A DNA stretch of 64,000 bases from Pseudomonadota bacterium (lineage in GTDB: Bacteria; Bdellovibrionota_B; Oligoflexia; Silvanigrellales; Silvanigrellaceae), in NCBI GenBank assembly GCA_039799905.1, contig JBDLRP010000021.1, forward strand, positions 64,001-128,000, in the 5' to 3' direction. This document shows positions 28,442 to 38,386 of the stretch, one piece after another (positions within the stretch are counted from its first letter, which is position 1; each line of letters opens with the position of its first letter). The notes under the pieces are model-generated. The model worked only from the letters and a program-made list of their open reading frames with translations. It was not told the origin of the DNA and made no database searches. A program made the translations under genes and the position numbers.

Positions 28442-29391
28442 TTCCTTCATCCCCTCCGCCTGCCGACCATACAATCAAGGTTGAAATTGTCAGCAAGCTG
28501 GATGAGGTTAAAATCGACGAGCTGAAACTGGGAGACGAGTATCCTTCACTGTATCGCGTGCTCGAGCTGTTTCCCTCCCTCGCTGGCAACGCGATCAGGC
28601 AGCGCCTTTCGCTCAAAACACAAATGACGTGCAATACCAAGCGCAACACAGGGAGCGAAGCACTTGGGGTGCAGTTCAACAATTGCCTACTTTCACACGA
28701 CAAAACGGGCGCTCTTTGGAATGCCGCTGCCAAAAGGCTTGCTGCACTTTGTTCGGCGGCCTCGGAGCCGACTCTCTCAAAAACAAACGCTTGCAACTTT
28801 CTTTTCTCATCTGCTGCGGGCAACACCTTGGCGGGCGCACCGTTTCGCAGAATCCCGCAAGGACAATGCCTGTGGCAAGGCGACAAGCAGCTTTCACCGT
28901 CAACTGCCGGCGCTGCAGACGACGCCAAGGTTCGCACTCTCGCCGAACGGAGACGTGAAAATCTGTCGAACCATCTCGCAACACGCCCGCTCTATATCCT
29001 TGGGCGTGCCGACGAACTCAGGGTTGCGAAATCTTTTAAAGGTGAATCTCTGCACAACAAAGGTGAGCCGTCCCAAGATGAAGTCAGCGCTGGTCAATTG
29101 TGGAGTGAATTTTTGTTCGGCGGTTCGCTGCCCACGCACGGCTCAGACGGCTCTGCCTACAAAATTAAAGTAAGTCTGCTGTCGCAGCCGCAAATCCGCA
29201 GCGTCGGACTGGACGATGTTGTTTGCGGAGTTCGCGATGGGCAATCAAATATTGAATTTTCGCAGATCGCATTGAGGATCGATTTCTCAAAAAACAAATT
29301 TCGGCTGAAAGGCGACTTCATGTTCAGCCAGAAGCTATCGTCAACGGTGTCATCAGATTTTTCGAAGACCCAGGCAGCCCATAAAAATTAA
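28429..29391 (+). CDS. Hypothetical protein
   Basis: 320-aa ORF overlapping the upstream stop; no family recognised. Confidence 0.55.
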   Translation: MAALIPSSPPPADHTIKVEIVSKLDEVKIDELKLGDEYPSLYRVLELFPSLAGNAIRQRLSLKTQMTCNTKRNTGSEALGVQFNNCLLSHDKTGALWNAAAKRLAALCSAASEPTLSKTNACNFLFSSAAGNTLAGAPFRRIPQGQCLWQGDKQLSPSTAGAADDAKVRTLAERRRENLSNHLATRPLYILGRADELRVAKSFKGESLHNKGEPSQDEVSAGQLWSEFLFGGSLPTHGSDGSAYKIKVSLLSQPQIRSVGLDDVVCGVRDGQSNIEFSQIALRIDFSKNKFRLKGDFMFSQKLSSTVSSDFSKTQAAHKN

Positions 29392-29452
29392 GCGACCGAA
29401 ATGAGTTCTCGAAGTTACGTCCCTGACAGCTCGGTCAGTCCGGATAGTTCTC

Positions 29453-29842
29453 TCAATACGGCTGATAGCTCTTTTCTTCGGCGTAGGCAGATCCCATTTC
29501 TTTGTTGATTAGCGCCTTCACCTGAAATCGCTTGTCGTTGGTGACGTACACGGCGCGGGCAAGTTCGATGAACTGTTGGTCGAACGACTTCGCACGCTCT
29601 TTGTCGCGGATGTCGTCTTCGATGACCCAAAGCGATTCGTTGATTTTCTTCAGCTCACTAACCAGCGCGTGCGAAACGTTGATTTGGTGCTTGCCGCAGG
29701 TTGCGAGCAGCGCGTCGAGCTCTTTGCGGATGTTGAGCAACTTCGCCTGATCTTTGATCCGCTCGCTTTTGATTTGCAGAATGGTGATTTTGTCGAGCAG
29801 CTCGCCTACGGACACGGGAACAAGAACTTCGGAATTGCCCAC
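29453..29842 (-). CDS. DUF6165 family protein
   Basis: PVSVGELLDKITILQIK, LW.IEDDIR.KE, ARAVY.TND.R, EEKSY; GTG start with GAGGTG RBS. Confidence 0.85.
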   Translation of the reverse strand: MGNSEVLVPVSVGELLDKITILQIKSERIKDQAKLLNIRKELDALLATCGKHQINVSHALVSELKKINESLWVIEDDIRDKERAKSFDQQFIELARAVYVTNDKRFQVKALINKEMGSAYAEEKSYQPY

Positions 29843-29880
29843 AAAACACCTCTCACAAAATTTAAATTGGCATCGCCCCG

Positions 29881-30750
29881 TCAACCTCCGCCCAACGGTG
29901 ACGACTGACGCGGATCGAGAACGACCCGCAATGCTTCGCCCAGAAAATTAAGCGACAAAACCAGACTCAGCATCGACAGCGACGGGAAAATAGCCATATG
30001 CGGCGATTCTATCAAGTAGGCACGCGCCTCGCTCAGAAGGCCGCCCCAGCTGACGTGGCCATCGCCCAGTCCGAGACCCAAAAAACTCAGTCCGGCTTCG
30101 GCCAGAATAGCTCCCGCCATGGTGAAGGTTGAATGCACTGTCAGCGGAGATACCACGGACGGCAACAAATGACGGAATATAATTCGCGCCGGGGTTGCTC
30201 CAAGTGCCGTTGCAGCAACAACGAAATCAGCATTTTTCAAAGCCCTGAATTGTGCGCGGACTATTTTTGCGGAACCTATCCAGCCGCCTGCGCAAAGAGC
30301 AAAAATGATGGTCCAAAGTCCGCCTCCAAAAAAAACAGCTATAGCCAAGGGCAAAACCAACGGTGGAAAGGCCAAAAGAACATCCATGACCCTTCCGACA
30401 AGCGCATCTGAACGTCCGCCGAAATAGCCCGCCACAGCTCCCAAAGGCACACCAACCATCAGGGCTCCAAGCACAGTTGCGCCGCCGACAACCAGCGACA
30501 CCCCGGCTCCGTTTATAATCTGTAAAAGTATGCTCGAACCAACGGTATCATAGCCAAAAAATCCAAGCGGTTGTGAAAAATCAACCATTGGCGGTTGGCG
30601 GGTTTTGGGAAGATCGATCTCTACGTACGCCAGTTCAGGAAAGAGCACGGGCAAGAACGAAACTGCACCCCAAAAGAATACTACGAAAAGACTGACGAGA
30701 GTGAGCCTGTCACGTCTTATTTGCTGCATCAGCGTGATGTTTAATTTCAT
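29881..30750 (-). CDS. Peptide/nickel ABC transporter permease (DppC/OppC-like)
   Basis: GYFGG..D....R..D, EAA-like loop FVVAATALGA...IIFRHLLP, EAGLSFLGLG. Confidence 0.9.
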   Translation of the reverse strand: MKLNITLMQQIRRDRLTLVSLFVVFFWGAVSFLPVLFPELAYVEIDLPKTRQPPMVDFSQPLGFFGYDTVGSSILLQIINGAGVSLVVGGATVLGALMVGVPLGAVAGYFGGRSDALVGRVMDVLLAFPPLVLPLAIAVFFGGGLWTIIFALCAGGWIGSAKIVRAQFRALKNADFVVAATALGATPARIIFRHLLPSVVSPLTVHSTFTMAGAILAEAGLSFLGLGLGDGHVSWGGLLSEARAYLIESPHMAIFPSLSMLSLVLSLNFLGEALRVVLDPRQSSPLGGG

Positions 30751-31667
30751 TCCGTCACCGTGCGCGGATCAATCAGCCGCTGCAGAAGGTCAATGATTGC
30801 TGAAATCACAACATGAATGAACGCAAGAACCACAACGCAGGCAGAAACCAAATTGTAGTCGCGCTGATTGACACCTTCGAGCATAAGTGTGCCCAAGCCG
30901 GGCCATGTAAAAACCTGTTCGGTAATGACAGCACCGCCGAGCAGTCCTGCAAGCTGCAATCCAAGCACGGTGAGGACCGGCAAGAGCGCATTCCGCAGCG
31001 CATGACTGAGGTAGATCCTCAACGCGGGCAGTCCTTTAGCCTTCGCTGTTCGGATGTAGTCTTCGCGCAGGACATCGAGCAATGACGCCCGCACCATGCG
31101 GCTTGTCATCGCAGCCAGGGCTGCCCCCAAACAAAGTGCAGGCAAAATCAGCGAACGAAAGCCGCTGTGTCCGGTCAGCGGCAAAACGTTCCACCGGACG
31201 GCAAACAGCCAGAGCAAGAGCGTTCCTGTCATAAAAACCGGGGCTGAAACCATCAAAAGAGAAAACAGGGCAAACACCTTATCCAAAAGTGTTCCGGCCT
31301 TCACCGCAGCAGAAACACCCAAAATCAGCGCCAGACAAAGCGATACTGCAAACGCGGACACAGCAAGTTTGGCAGTTGATTGCAAGCGAATGGAAAGTTG
31401 CGGTGCGATTGGCCGTCCGTCGACAAGTCTGCGGCCAAAATCACCTTGCGCGATTCCTTGCAAATACTCGACGTACTGTTGAGATATGGGCCTGTCGAAT
31501 CCATTCTGGCGGAGCCACTCCTGCTTTTGCACCAAGGGCGCATCAGGCCCCAGTATGGCGTCCGCCGGCGTTCCCGGTATCATCCGCTGGATGAAAAAAA
31601 TTACAGTCACCACAGAAAAAATTACAAAAAAAAGTCGAAAAAGTATTTTGGCAACGGCCGCCAGCAT
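30747..31667 (-). CDS. Peptide/nickel ABC transporter permease (DppB/OppB-like)
   Basis: PG.PA..ILG, DYIRTAKAKGL, HALRNA, GAVITE.VF.WPGLG. Confidence 0.92.
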   Translation of the reverse strand: MLAAVAKILFRLFFVIFSVVTVIFFIQRMIPGTPADAILGPDAPLVQKQEWLRQNGFDRPISQQYVEYLQGIAQGDFGRRLVDGRPIAPQLSIRLQSTAKLAVSAFAVSLCLALILGVSAAVKAGTLLDKVFALFSLLMVSAPVFMTGTLLLWLFAVRWNVLPLTGHSGFRSLILPALCLGAALAAMTSRMVRASLLDVLREDYIRTAKAKGLPALRIYLSHALRNALLPVLTVLGLQLAGLLGGAVITEQVFTWPGLGTLMLEGVNQRDYNLVSACVVVLAFIHVVISAIIDLLQRLIDPRTVTE

Positions 31668-31671
31668 CGCT

Positions 31672-33300
31672 TTATCTTTTCTCGGTGGATGAAAGTGAGG
31701 TGTAGCGACCGTCAGGATAAATCTTGAATCCGGTAACACTCTTGCGTGTTACGACGTGGCCCACCCTGTGCCACAGAAAAACGTAGGGAATATCGTCAGC
31801 AATCATTTCCTGCGCTTGTTTATATAACTTCTGCCTGATGGAGAGACTGCTTTCCGATTTTGCCTTGTCGAGAAGCTCGTCCAGCTTCTGGTTTGCATAG
31901 GCTCCTCGGTTTGCGCCCTGCGGCGGAACGCGCGAAGAATGAAAAACAAAGTGCAGGTGGTCGCCGTCCTTGTAACCGGTCCACGGGGCAATCCAAGCCT
32001 GCATGTTTCCCTCATTCAGATGCTTGAGAAACATGTTGAATTCTAACACTTCGACTTTAACCTTGAGACCAACTTTTCTCAGCTGACCGGCGATTCCTTT
32101 TGCAACCGCAATCCGCTCCCTGTTGAGCGGCACCTTGATCGAAAACTCAGCCCGGAACTTCCCGTTCTTTGCACCATCCGGATCGGTCAAACCGGCGGCA
32201 TCGAGCAAAAGCTCAGCCTCGCGCAAATTGTGATTGAGCGGCTTTGGATTATCAAAATGAAAGGCGTGACCTTCAGGAAACATTGAGTTGGAAATTTTAC
32301 CCATTCCCTGAAGTGTGAATTTCAAAATTTCTTCTCGGTTGATGGCAAGCGCAATTGCCCTGCGCACGCGCACGTCGGCAAATAATTTGTGTTTGAAATT
32401 GAACGCGAGAAATGCAGTCGAATCTGACGTCCTGAGCTGCACGTTGAATTCCCCTGAACTCCTCTTCATCAACTCAGCCACCTTGTCCGTATCAAGGCTG
32501 TTCTGCACGAGGTCGACATCTCCCTTCAACAGAGCAGCAAAACGGGTGTTGTTGTCGGTAAGAATTTTAAAGATGATTTCGCGCACGCTTGGGAATGCGC
32601 CGCCAAAGGGAGCTCCGCTGAATTTTTCGTTGCGCACAAGCCGCCAGTCGGAGTCACTCATACGATCCAGAACAAAAGGGCCCGATTCAAACCCTTGACG
32701 AGCAAAGACATCATCAGGTGCGCGGACGAGCGCCTCTTTTGGCAAAATACCGATGACAAGATTGGAGATGAGAGATGCATCCGGCTCGCTCAGTTCAAAC
32801 TTGACGTCTCTTTCGCCGACTCTACTCACCGTCGCGACACGAGCAAACGTCCCGCGCCGGGGACTGGGCGGAAGGGAAGCCGCGGGCTGGGACGAAAGAA
32901 CGAAATTATACGTGGCCACCACATCATCTGCCGTCAAATGCCGGCCAGAGGCGAACCGGATGCCTTCGCGGACGCGAACAAAGAGTGTTTTGGCATCGGT
33001 GTAGGTAAAGCTTTCTGCCACAACTCCCTGCGGAATGCTTTCTTCGGTAAATCCGAACAAGGGTAGAAAAAGCAGAGGCTCCAAATACTGGCTATTGGCA
33101 TCGGTTGAGACATAGCGGGGGTCGACGGTTCGGGGGCGGGTGTCAAAGGCAACTGTCAGTGGAGTCCCCACCTCGGCCGCGGACCCAGAAAGACAAGGCC
33201 AGGCTCCCGAGAGCATCAGCAGTAGCGCGCCCGCGAAGCGGCCACGCGCTGACCAGCCGCTCCATCCAGCTGCAATCGTCAACCATTTGAAATTAAACAT
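31672..33300 (-). CDS. Family 5 ABC substrate-binding protein (DppA/OppA-like)
   Basis: G..F.SG..LTA.DV, GPF, D.RVR.AI..AI.R, R...Y..AQ. Confidence 0.9.
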   Translation of the reverse strand: MFNFKWLTIAAGWSGWSARGRFAGALLLMLSGAWPCLSGSAAEVGTPLTVAFDTRPRTVDPRYVSTDANSQYLEPLLFLPLFGFTEESIPQGVVAESFTYTDAKTLFVRVREGIRFASGRHLTADDVVATYNFVLSSQPAASLPPSPRRGTFARVATVSRVGERDVKFELSEPDASLISNLVIGILPKEALVRAPDDVFARQGFESGPFVLDRMSDSDWRLVRNEKFSGAPFGGAFPSVREIIFKILTDNNTRFAALLKGDVDLVQNSLDTDKVAELMKRSSGEFNVQLRTSDSTAFLAFNFKHKLFADVRVRRAIALAINREEILKFTLQGMGKISNSMFPEGHAFHFDNPKPLNHNLREAELLLDAAGLTDPDGAKNGKFRAEFSIKVPLNRERIAVAKGIAGQLRKVGLKVKVEVLEFNMFLKHLNEGNMQAWIAPWTGYKDGDHLHFVFHSSRVPPQGANRGAYANQKLDELLDKAKSESSLSIRQKLYKQAQEMIADDIPYVFLWHRVGHVVTRKSVTGFKIYPDGRYTSLSSTEKR

Positions 33301-33411
33301 GGACTCACTCCCACTTTATCAAATTTAGTGTAGCCTTGGAGGCAGCCGTGATGCACGGCACGACCGTCAACCTCGCTGAAATGGCAAAAGACGCTTTTTA
33401 CCTGCGCTGGG

Positions 33412-33440
33412 TTGACGCGGACTGGGGCCTTGGATAGAAG
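33412..33440 (+). promoter_or_regulatory. Putative sigma70 promoter of rpoZ
   Basis: TTGACG-17-TAGAAG, 37 nt before the ATG. Confidence 0.4.
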
Positions 33441-33477
33441 GCTTGGCCAAGCGCGTTTTTTATGAGGTATCTGAGAC

Positions 33478-33723
33478 ATGGCACGTATTTCCATTCAAGA
33501 CTGTCTCGACAGAATCCCCAACCGGTTCGCTGTGGTCATGCTGGCTGCGCGCCGCATGCGTCAGCTCCAGAAGGGTAGCGACCCGCTGGTTGAATGCAAA
33601 AACAAAGAAGCCGTCACTGCTCTTCGTGAAATCGCAGCGGGCGTTGTTGGAATTCACAACATGGAAAATATCCCCGGTCTGTCTGAAAACATCGAGCGCG
33701 TTTCCAAAAAGTACAAGGACTGA
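33478..33723 (+). CDS. rpoZ: RNA polymerase omega subunit
   Basis: [10 protein letters not shown]....NRF.V..AA.R.RQL, K..V.ALREIA.G. Confidence 0.95.
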   Translation: MARISIQDCLDRIPNRFAVVMLAARRMRQLQKGSDPLVECKNKEAVTALREIAAGVVGIHNMENIPGLSENIERVSKKYKD

Positions 33724-33744
33724 ACAGTCCGGTGGGCCGCCATC

Positions 33745-35592
33745 ATGCGTCCTGATAAAAACACAATCCTTAGATTGTCCGCATACGTTTTGAGTGTGGT
33801 TGCACTTTGCGCCACGCTCTCGGCTGCCGTTTACGCCGCGGACTCCAAGTCAAAGGTTGAGCAGAAGCACTCTCAACTCTCACGGCCAGAGCTCAGACCG
33901 CAGCTCCGCTGGGCGCGGCCAGACAACCAGAATGAGCCAGCCGAAACAGTTCAAGCGCTCAAGGGGTTGTTTGAAAATCATGGGCACAAGCTCAACTTTT
34001 CAAAGCGCGACCTGACCAATCTTCTTGAGCAGGCCATACCGCGAAAGCTTGGCAGTCTGTTTCCCTTTCGTCGTGTGCACAAAGTCCCGGATCAACTCTT
34101 TTTTGAGAATTTCGGCAGTAAGGGATTTCTCGTTGGAGAAGTGAATCCGCGCGTGCCGCCAATCCTCTCCGGCACCGACACCGCCGAATGGCTTGAATTA
34201 TACAGCAGAGAAACGCTCCCAAGGGCACGTGAATTTACTCCGCCGTTCCCTTTAGTACAGGGACTCAAAGGTCTCGGAACTCAGGCGCCATGGGCACCCG
34301 AAATATTCACGAGTGCATGGACTCAGCAATTGGAAGCTGCAGGCTCAATTATTGAGCACGGTGGCCTCAGATGCGTGAACAAATCTTCGGGAAAGAAAAG
34401 TTACCCGAACCTTGCCGAGCCGGCTGCTCACTTCCGCTGCGGAACGCCAATTAAAGCCTTGTCCGCCGAAACAGCCCTTCCAAAACAACTCCCGCGTAAA
34501 ATCGGTGCTGTTGCCGCTGCAGCAGCCGCAGCTGTGAATCCGCCTGCGGCACCACCCGCGTGTATTCCAATGGGGCGGCAAACATCGCAATCACTGGAAC
34601 TACTTGGCGACGAAAAATCTGGTCATTGCCTGCTGTGGCGCAGTTCTCGCGACGAACGCTTCTATCAAAAAGGAATGTCGTCGAAACTCATTTGTCTAAA
34701 TGCACGGCACAAAAGCTTTCAAAGAACACGGTTCAATTCCGTGGTCTCCGTGCTCCCGTCGGACCGTCAGGATGTCATCCACATTCTTGAATCTGAGGAC
34801 GACATGTTGACGTCGTACCGACTCAGCCTTGCAACTCTCAGCGTCACAAAAGAAGAGATTTCGGTTCCCTCCGGACAAAACTTGCGCGCGGCCGCCTTCC
34901 CTGCGCAAAAAACCGGTTTGTATGCCTGCCAGCAGGCGAACCCTCAATCGGACAACGCTCTCTTCACAACTCCCGAGTCACTTGCCGCAGGCACCGACTG
35001 GATTTACGTCGACAACGCAATTTACAGCGGGCTTCGACCGACGCGCCCGGAAACCGACACAGCGTGGCGAATCAGAGAATCGCGCGATGGAGTGATCGAA
35101 GCTGACCGTTTGAGTTGGTCTCAACTTCAATACGATCACCCGTCAGTCACAAACGACAGGTCTTTTACATGCGTTGTGGCGCGGGAAATTGATGCACGCT
35201 GCGGAATCCGGGTGCTGCAATCCGCGATGCAGCTCTCAGAAGAGTGGCTCAACGGTGATTTTGATCGCAACGATGTGACGCCTGCCGTTCAGTTGGCAAC
35301 CACACTGCTCGTTGCTCAGTCGCTTGAAAAGGTGATGATTGCCCTTCCCGACTGGAGCTTGCGTGGAGAGACTCTCCAGCTGCTCGGGGTTTACTCGCAA
35401 AAAGTCAGACAGCTGCTTGATAACAAGGCGCTCGAGCGCTCAGGGATTGCCCTGAGCCGCGACGCCGCTGCATTTCCCGCCGCGCAAAAGTATCTGGATA
35501 TTCCCTCTGATTCCGCCGACTACTTAGCAGTCAAGAAACTACTTTCTTCTTCTGTGGACTTCTGGGCATTGCTCAATCAAAAGTCCCTCTGA
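33745..35592 (+). CDS. Exported hypothetical protein
   Basis: 615-aa ORF with a signal peptide ending VYA|A, between rpoZ and metG. Confidence 0.7.
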   Translation: MRPDKNTILRLSAYVLSVVALCATLSAAVYAADSKSKVEQKHSQLSRPELRPQLRWARPDNQNEPAETVQALKGLFENHGHKLNFSKRDLTNLLEQAIPRKLGSLFPFRRVHKVPDQLFFENFGSKGFLVGEVNPRVPPILSGTDTAEWLELYSRETLPRAREFTPPFPLVQGLKGLGTQAPWAPEIFTSAWTQQLEAAGSIIEHGGLRCVNKSSGKKSYPNLAEPAAHFRCGTPIKALSAETALPKQLPRKIGAVAAAAAAAVNPPAAPPACIPMGRQTSQSLELLGDEKSGHCLLWRSSRDERFYQKGMSSKLICLNARHKSFQRTRFNSVVSVLPSDRQDVIHILESEDDMLTSYRLSLATLSVTKEEISVPSGQNLRAAAFPAQKTGLYACQQANPQSDNALFTTPESLAAGTDWIYVDNAIYSGLRPTRPETDTAWRIRESRDGVIEADRLSWSQLQYDHPSVTNDRSFTCVVAREIDARCGIRVLQSAMQLSEEWLNGDFDRNDVTPAVQLATTLLVAQSLEKVMIALPDWSLRGETLQLLGVYSQKVRQLLDNKALERSGIALSRDAAAFPAAQKYLDIPSDSADYLAVKKLLSSSVDFWALLNQKSL

Positions 35593-35600
35593 GGTCTGTC

Positions 35601-37598
35601 ATGAACACTGATGCACGCTATTTTACCACTCCGATTTACTACGCATCCGGAGAGCCTCACGCAGGACATATTTATTCAACCTCACTGATGAACATTCTCA
35701 GCCTCCACTACCAACACCGCGGCTGCGCCACGCGCACGCTGACGGGCATGGACGAGCACGGTGAGAAGATCGAGGAAAAGGCGAAATTACTCAACAAGCC
35801 TGCACAGGTTCTCGTGGATGAGTTTGCCGTCAAATGGAAGGAAATCTTCGCGCAGTTCTCGCTGAACTACGACATCTTCATGCGCACGACCAGTGCCGAA
35901 CACAAAGAGAACGTGCGCGACATCCTCCGCCGCTGTCACGAAAAAGGCGACATTTATTTCGGCGAGCACGAAGGTCGCTACTGTGTCGACTGCGAAGCTT
36001 TTCTTACCGCCAAGGAAATGGATGAATCACACAACTGCCTCGTCCACAAACGCCCTACCGAGCTGCGTAAAGAGGGAAACTATTACTTCCGCGTGCAAAA
36101 ATATCTGCCGCAAATCATCGAGCTCGTTCGTAGCGGGAAAATAGTTTCACAACGCCGTTACATCAATGAACTTCTCGGACTGTGCGAAACATTCGAAGGC
36201 GATCTTAGTATTTCGCGGCCCAAATCCCGCACGGCGTGGGGCATCGAATTGCCCTTCGACGCCAATCACGTCGCATATGTCTGGTTTGATGCTCTGCCGA
36301 ACTACGTCACCGGAGTCGGCGGAGTGGACTCTGCGCGCAACAGCCAGCTGTGGAATTCGGCAACTCATGTGATCGGCCGCGATATCCTAAAATTCCATGG
36401 CCTCTTCTGGCCTGCAATACTGCTATCTCTGGATCTTCCTGTCCCGCGGCTGTGTGTCACCGGCTGGTTGCTCTCGGGCGGCCACAAAATGTCCAAGAGC
36501 TTGGGAAATGTCATTTCGCCAGCCGACCTCCGCGAACTCGGCCGTGATGCATTCGTCAATACAGTATTTCGCCTTGCCAATCCGGGTGAGGACGTCGACA
36601 TCACAAGTAAGAATATGATTGAGCGCTACAACGCGGACCTTGCCAACGGAATCGGAAATCTAGCGTCACGAACGCTCGTCATGGTTGAAAAATATTTCGA
36701 CGGTGTCATTCCCTCCATCCACCACAATCATCAGGTGGATGAGGAAAAGAAAATCACTGAAATGGCCGCGCGTCTGCCGCAGAACGTGATGCAGGCATTC
36801 GATGAATACCGCCTAGCCGATGCGCTCAGCCAAATCTGGGAATTGATCGCGCAGACCGACAAATACATCGCACAACAAAAGCCATGGGAACTTGGCAAGC
36901 AATCCGATGACGCTTCCCGCACACGGCTTGCAAACGTGCTTGCGCACAGCACCGCAGTCATCCGCAGCGTCGGATATCTGTCCGCACCCTTTTTCCCAGA
37001 GCGCATGAAAGAACTGCTTCACGCCATCGGTGAAGATACATCTGACATGCGGAACGCAATAAAACGCGCTCAGGAATTCACGGCCATCAAGTCCGGTTTC
37101 AAGCTGGGTGATGTACCGCGACTTTTCCAGCGCATGGAATTGCCGGTTGCCGGAACGGCCGCGGCCAATCTGCAATCAGCCTCAAAAAACGATAAAAAGA
37201 ATGCAGGCACAGCTTCCGCTGCCGACGCTGGAACGAACCCTCCTGCCGGACAGCCGCAAACAACATCTGCAACGATTTCGATAGACGATTTCGCAAAGGT
37301 GCAGATCAGAGTTGGCACTGTGATAAACGCTGAATTGGTGGAAGGCTCCACCAAGCTGCTGCGCTTGAAAGTCTCGTTGGGCGACCTTGGTTTGCGGCAG
37401 ATTTTTTCAGGAATCCGAGAGTGGATTACCCCCGAGGAACTCGTCAACCGGAAGGTTCTCATCGCTGCCAACCTGTCACCCCGCAAAATGAAATTCGGAG
37501 TTTCAGAAGGCATGCTTTTGTCGACCGAGACCCAATCTGGAAAGATACTACCGGTTTTTGTCGCCGAGGAGCTGCGTGAAGGTTCGCTTCTCGCTTAA
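35601..37598 (+). CDS. metG: Methionine--tRNA ligase with a C-terminal tRNA-binding domain
   Basis: TTPIYY, HAGH (HIGH variant), G.DEHG, YVWFDAL, KMSKS, C-terminal NL.PRKMKFG.SEGM. Confidence 0.96.
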   Translation: MNTDARYFTTPIYYASGEPHAGHIYSTSLMNILSLHYQHRGCATRTLTGMDEHGEKIEEKAKLLNKPAQVLVDEFAVKWKEIFAQFSLNYDIFMRTTSAEHKENVRDILRRCHEKGDIYFGEHEGRYCVDCEAFLTAKEMDESHNCLVHKRPTELRKEGNYYFRVQKYLPQIIELVRSGKIVSQRRYINELLGLCETFEGDLSISRPKSRTAWGIELPFDANHVAYVWFDALPNYVTGVGGVDSARNSQLWNSATHVIGRDILKFHGLFWPAILLSLDLPVPRLCVTGWLLSGGHKMSKSLGNVISPADLRELGRDAFVNTVFRLANPGEDVDITSKNMIERYNADLANGIGNLASRTLVMVEKYFDGVIPSIHHNHQVDEEKKITEMAARLPQNVMQAFDEYRLADALSQIWELIAQTDKYIAQQKPWELGKQSDDASRTRLANVLAHSTAVIRSVGYLSAPFFPERMKELLHAIGEDTSDMRNAIKRAQEFTAIKSGFKLGDVPRLFQRMELPVAGTAAANLQSASKNDKKNAGTASAADAGTNPPAGQPQTTSATISIDDFAKVQIRVGTVINAELVEGSTKLLRLKVSLGDLGLRQIFSGIREWITPEELVNRKVLIAANLSPRKMKFGVSEGMLLSTETQSGKILPVFVAEELREGSLLA

Positions 37599-37642
37599 AA
37601 CAAATCCCGCAATGTTCGCCGAACACTGCGGGATTTGTTTTT
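37597..37642. terminator. Bidirectional terminator between metG and the convergent pentapeptide gene
   Basis: AAAACAAATCCCGCA.TGTTC-gcc-GAACA.TGCGGGATTTGTTTT long stem with A/T tails. Confidence 0.8.
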
Positions 37643-37658
37643 GGTGAATCGCTCACTC

Positions 37659-38237
37659 TCAACGGCTTATCTTGGTTCCCTCGTTGACCGAGCGCAAAAT
37701 TTCATCGCGCGGAATCAAGTCGGTGGGCAATTGTGCTCTGCGGATGTTGGCACGATACAGAACTGCACCGCGCAGCTTGGTGTAATCGAGGTCGGCATCC
37801 TCAAGATTGGCGCGAGTCAGATTTGCACCCTCAAGATTCGCGTTCCAAAGGCTCGATTCAGAGAAGTCGCAGCCCTCAAGGTTTGAGTCTTTGAAGTTCA
37901 CGTACGACAGGTTGGCACCCGCGAAACTGCAATTCGAAAAATCAAGTTTTGTCAGGTTTGCCTTGCGCAAGTCGACACCGGCAAAGTCACGCGTGGATTG
38001 AAGAATTTCGATCGCTTCCTTGCGGGTGAGTGTTTTGGGCTTCGCACTTTCCGGGTCGATTGTAATTCCCGCGCTGGCAGCTCCACCATCCTCATCTTCG
38101 TCGTCATCATCAGAAAAATCATCGTCGTCGTCAAAATCACCGTCATCATCGTCATCAGAACCACGACGCGGTGAAAGACTTTTCGAAAGCTGTGATTGTG
38201 CGTCTTCAAGCGTTTTGAAGGATGTTCTGATATGCAC
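37659..38237 (-). CDS. Pentapeptide-repeat protein with an N-terminal Asp-rich tract
   Basis: A(N/D)Lxx repeats; DDDDDGDFDDDDDFSDDDDEDED tract; GTG start with GAGGGG RBS. Confidence 0.88.
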   Translation of the reverse strand: MHIRTSFKTLEDAQSQLSKSLSPRRGSDDDDDGDFDDDDDFSDDDDEDEDGGAASAGITIDPESAKPKTLTRKEAIEILQSTRDFAGVDLRKANLTKLDFSNCSFAGANLSYVNFKDSNLEGCDFSESSLWNANLEGANLTRANLEDADLDYTKLRGAVLYRANIRRAQLPTDLIPRDEILRSVNEGTKISR

Positions 38238-38386
38238 CTTCGTTCCCCTCTGGTTCAATCGTGGGCTAAACAATCGGTTATAATTGCAAGTAGAAGATGT
38301 TTACCCACTTTTGCAGGTAAAAGGCAACAAAAAAGACCAGAGTAATCCACTCCGGTCTTTGTGCCTAGTGCTTGGAATTCCTGCGC

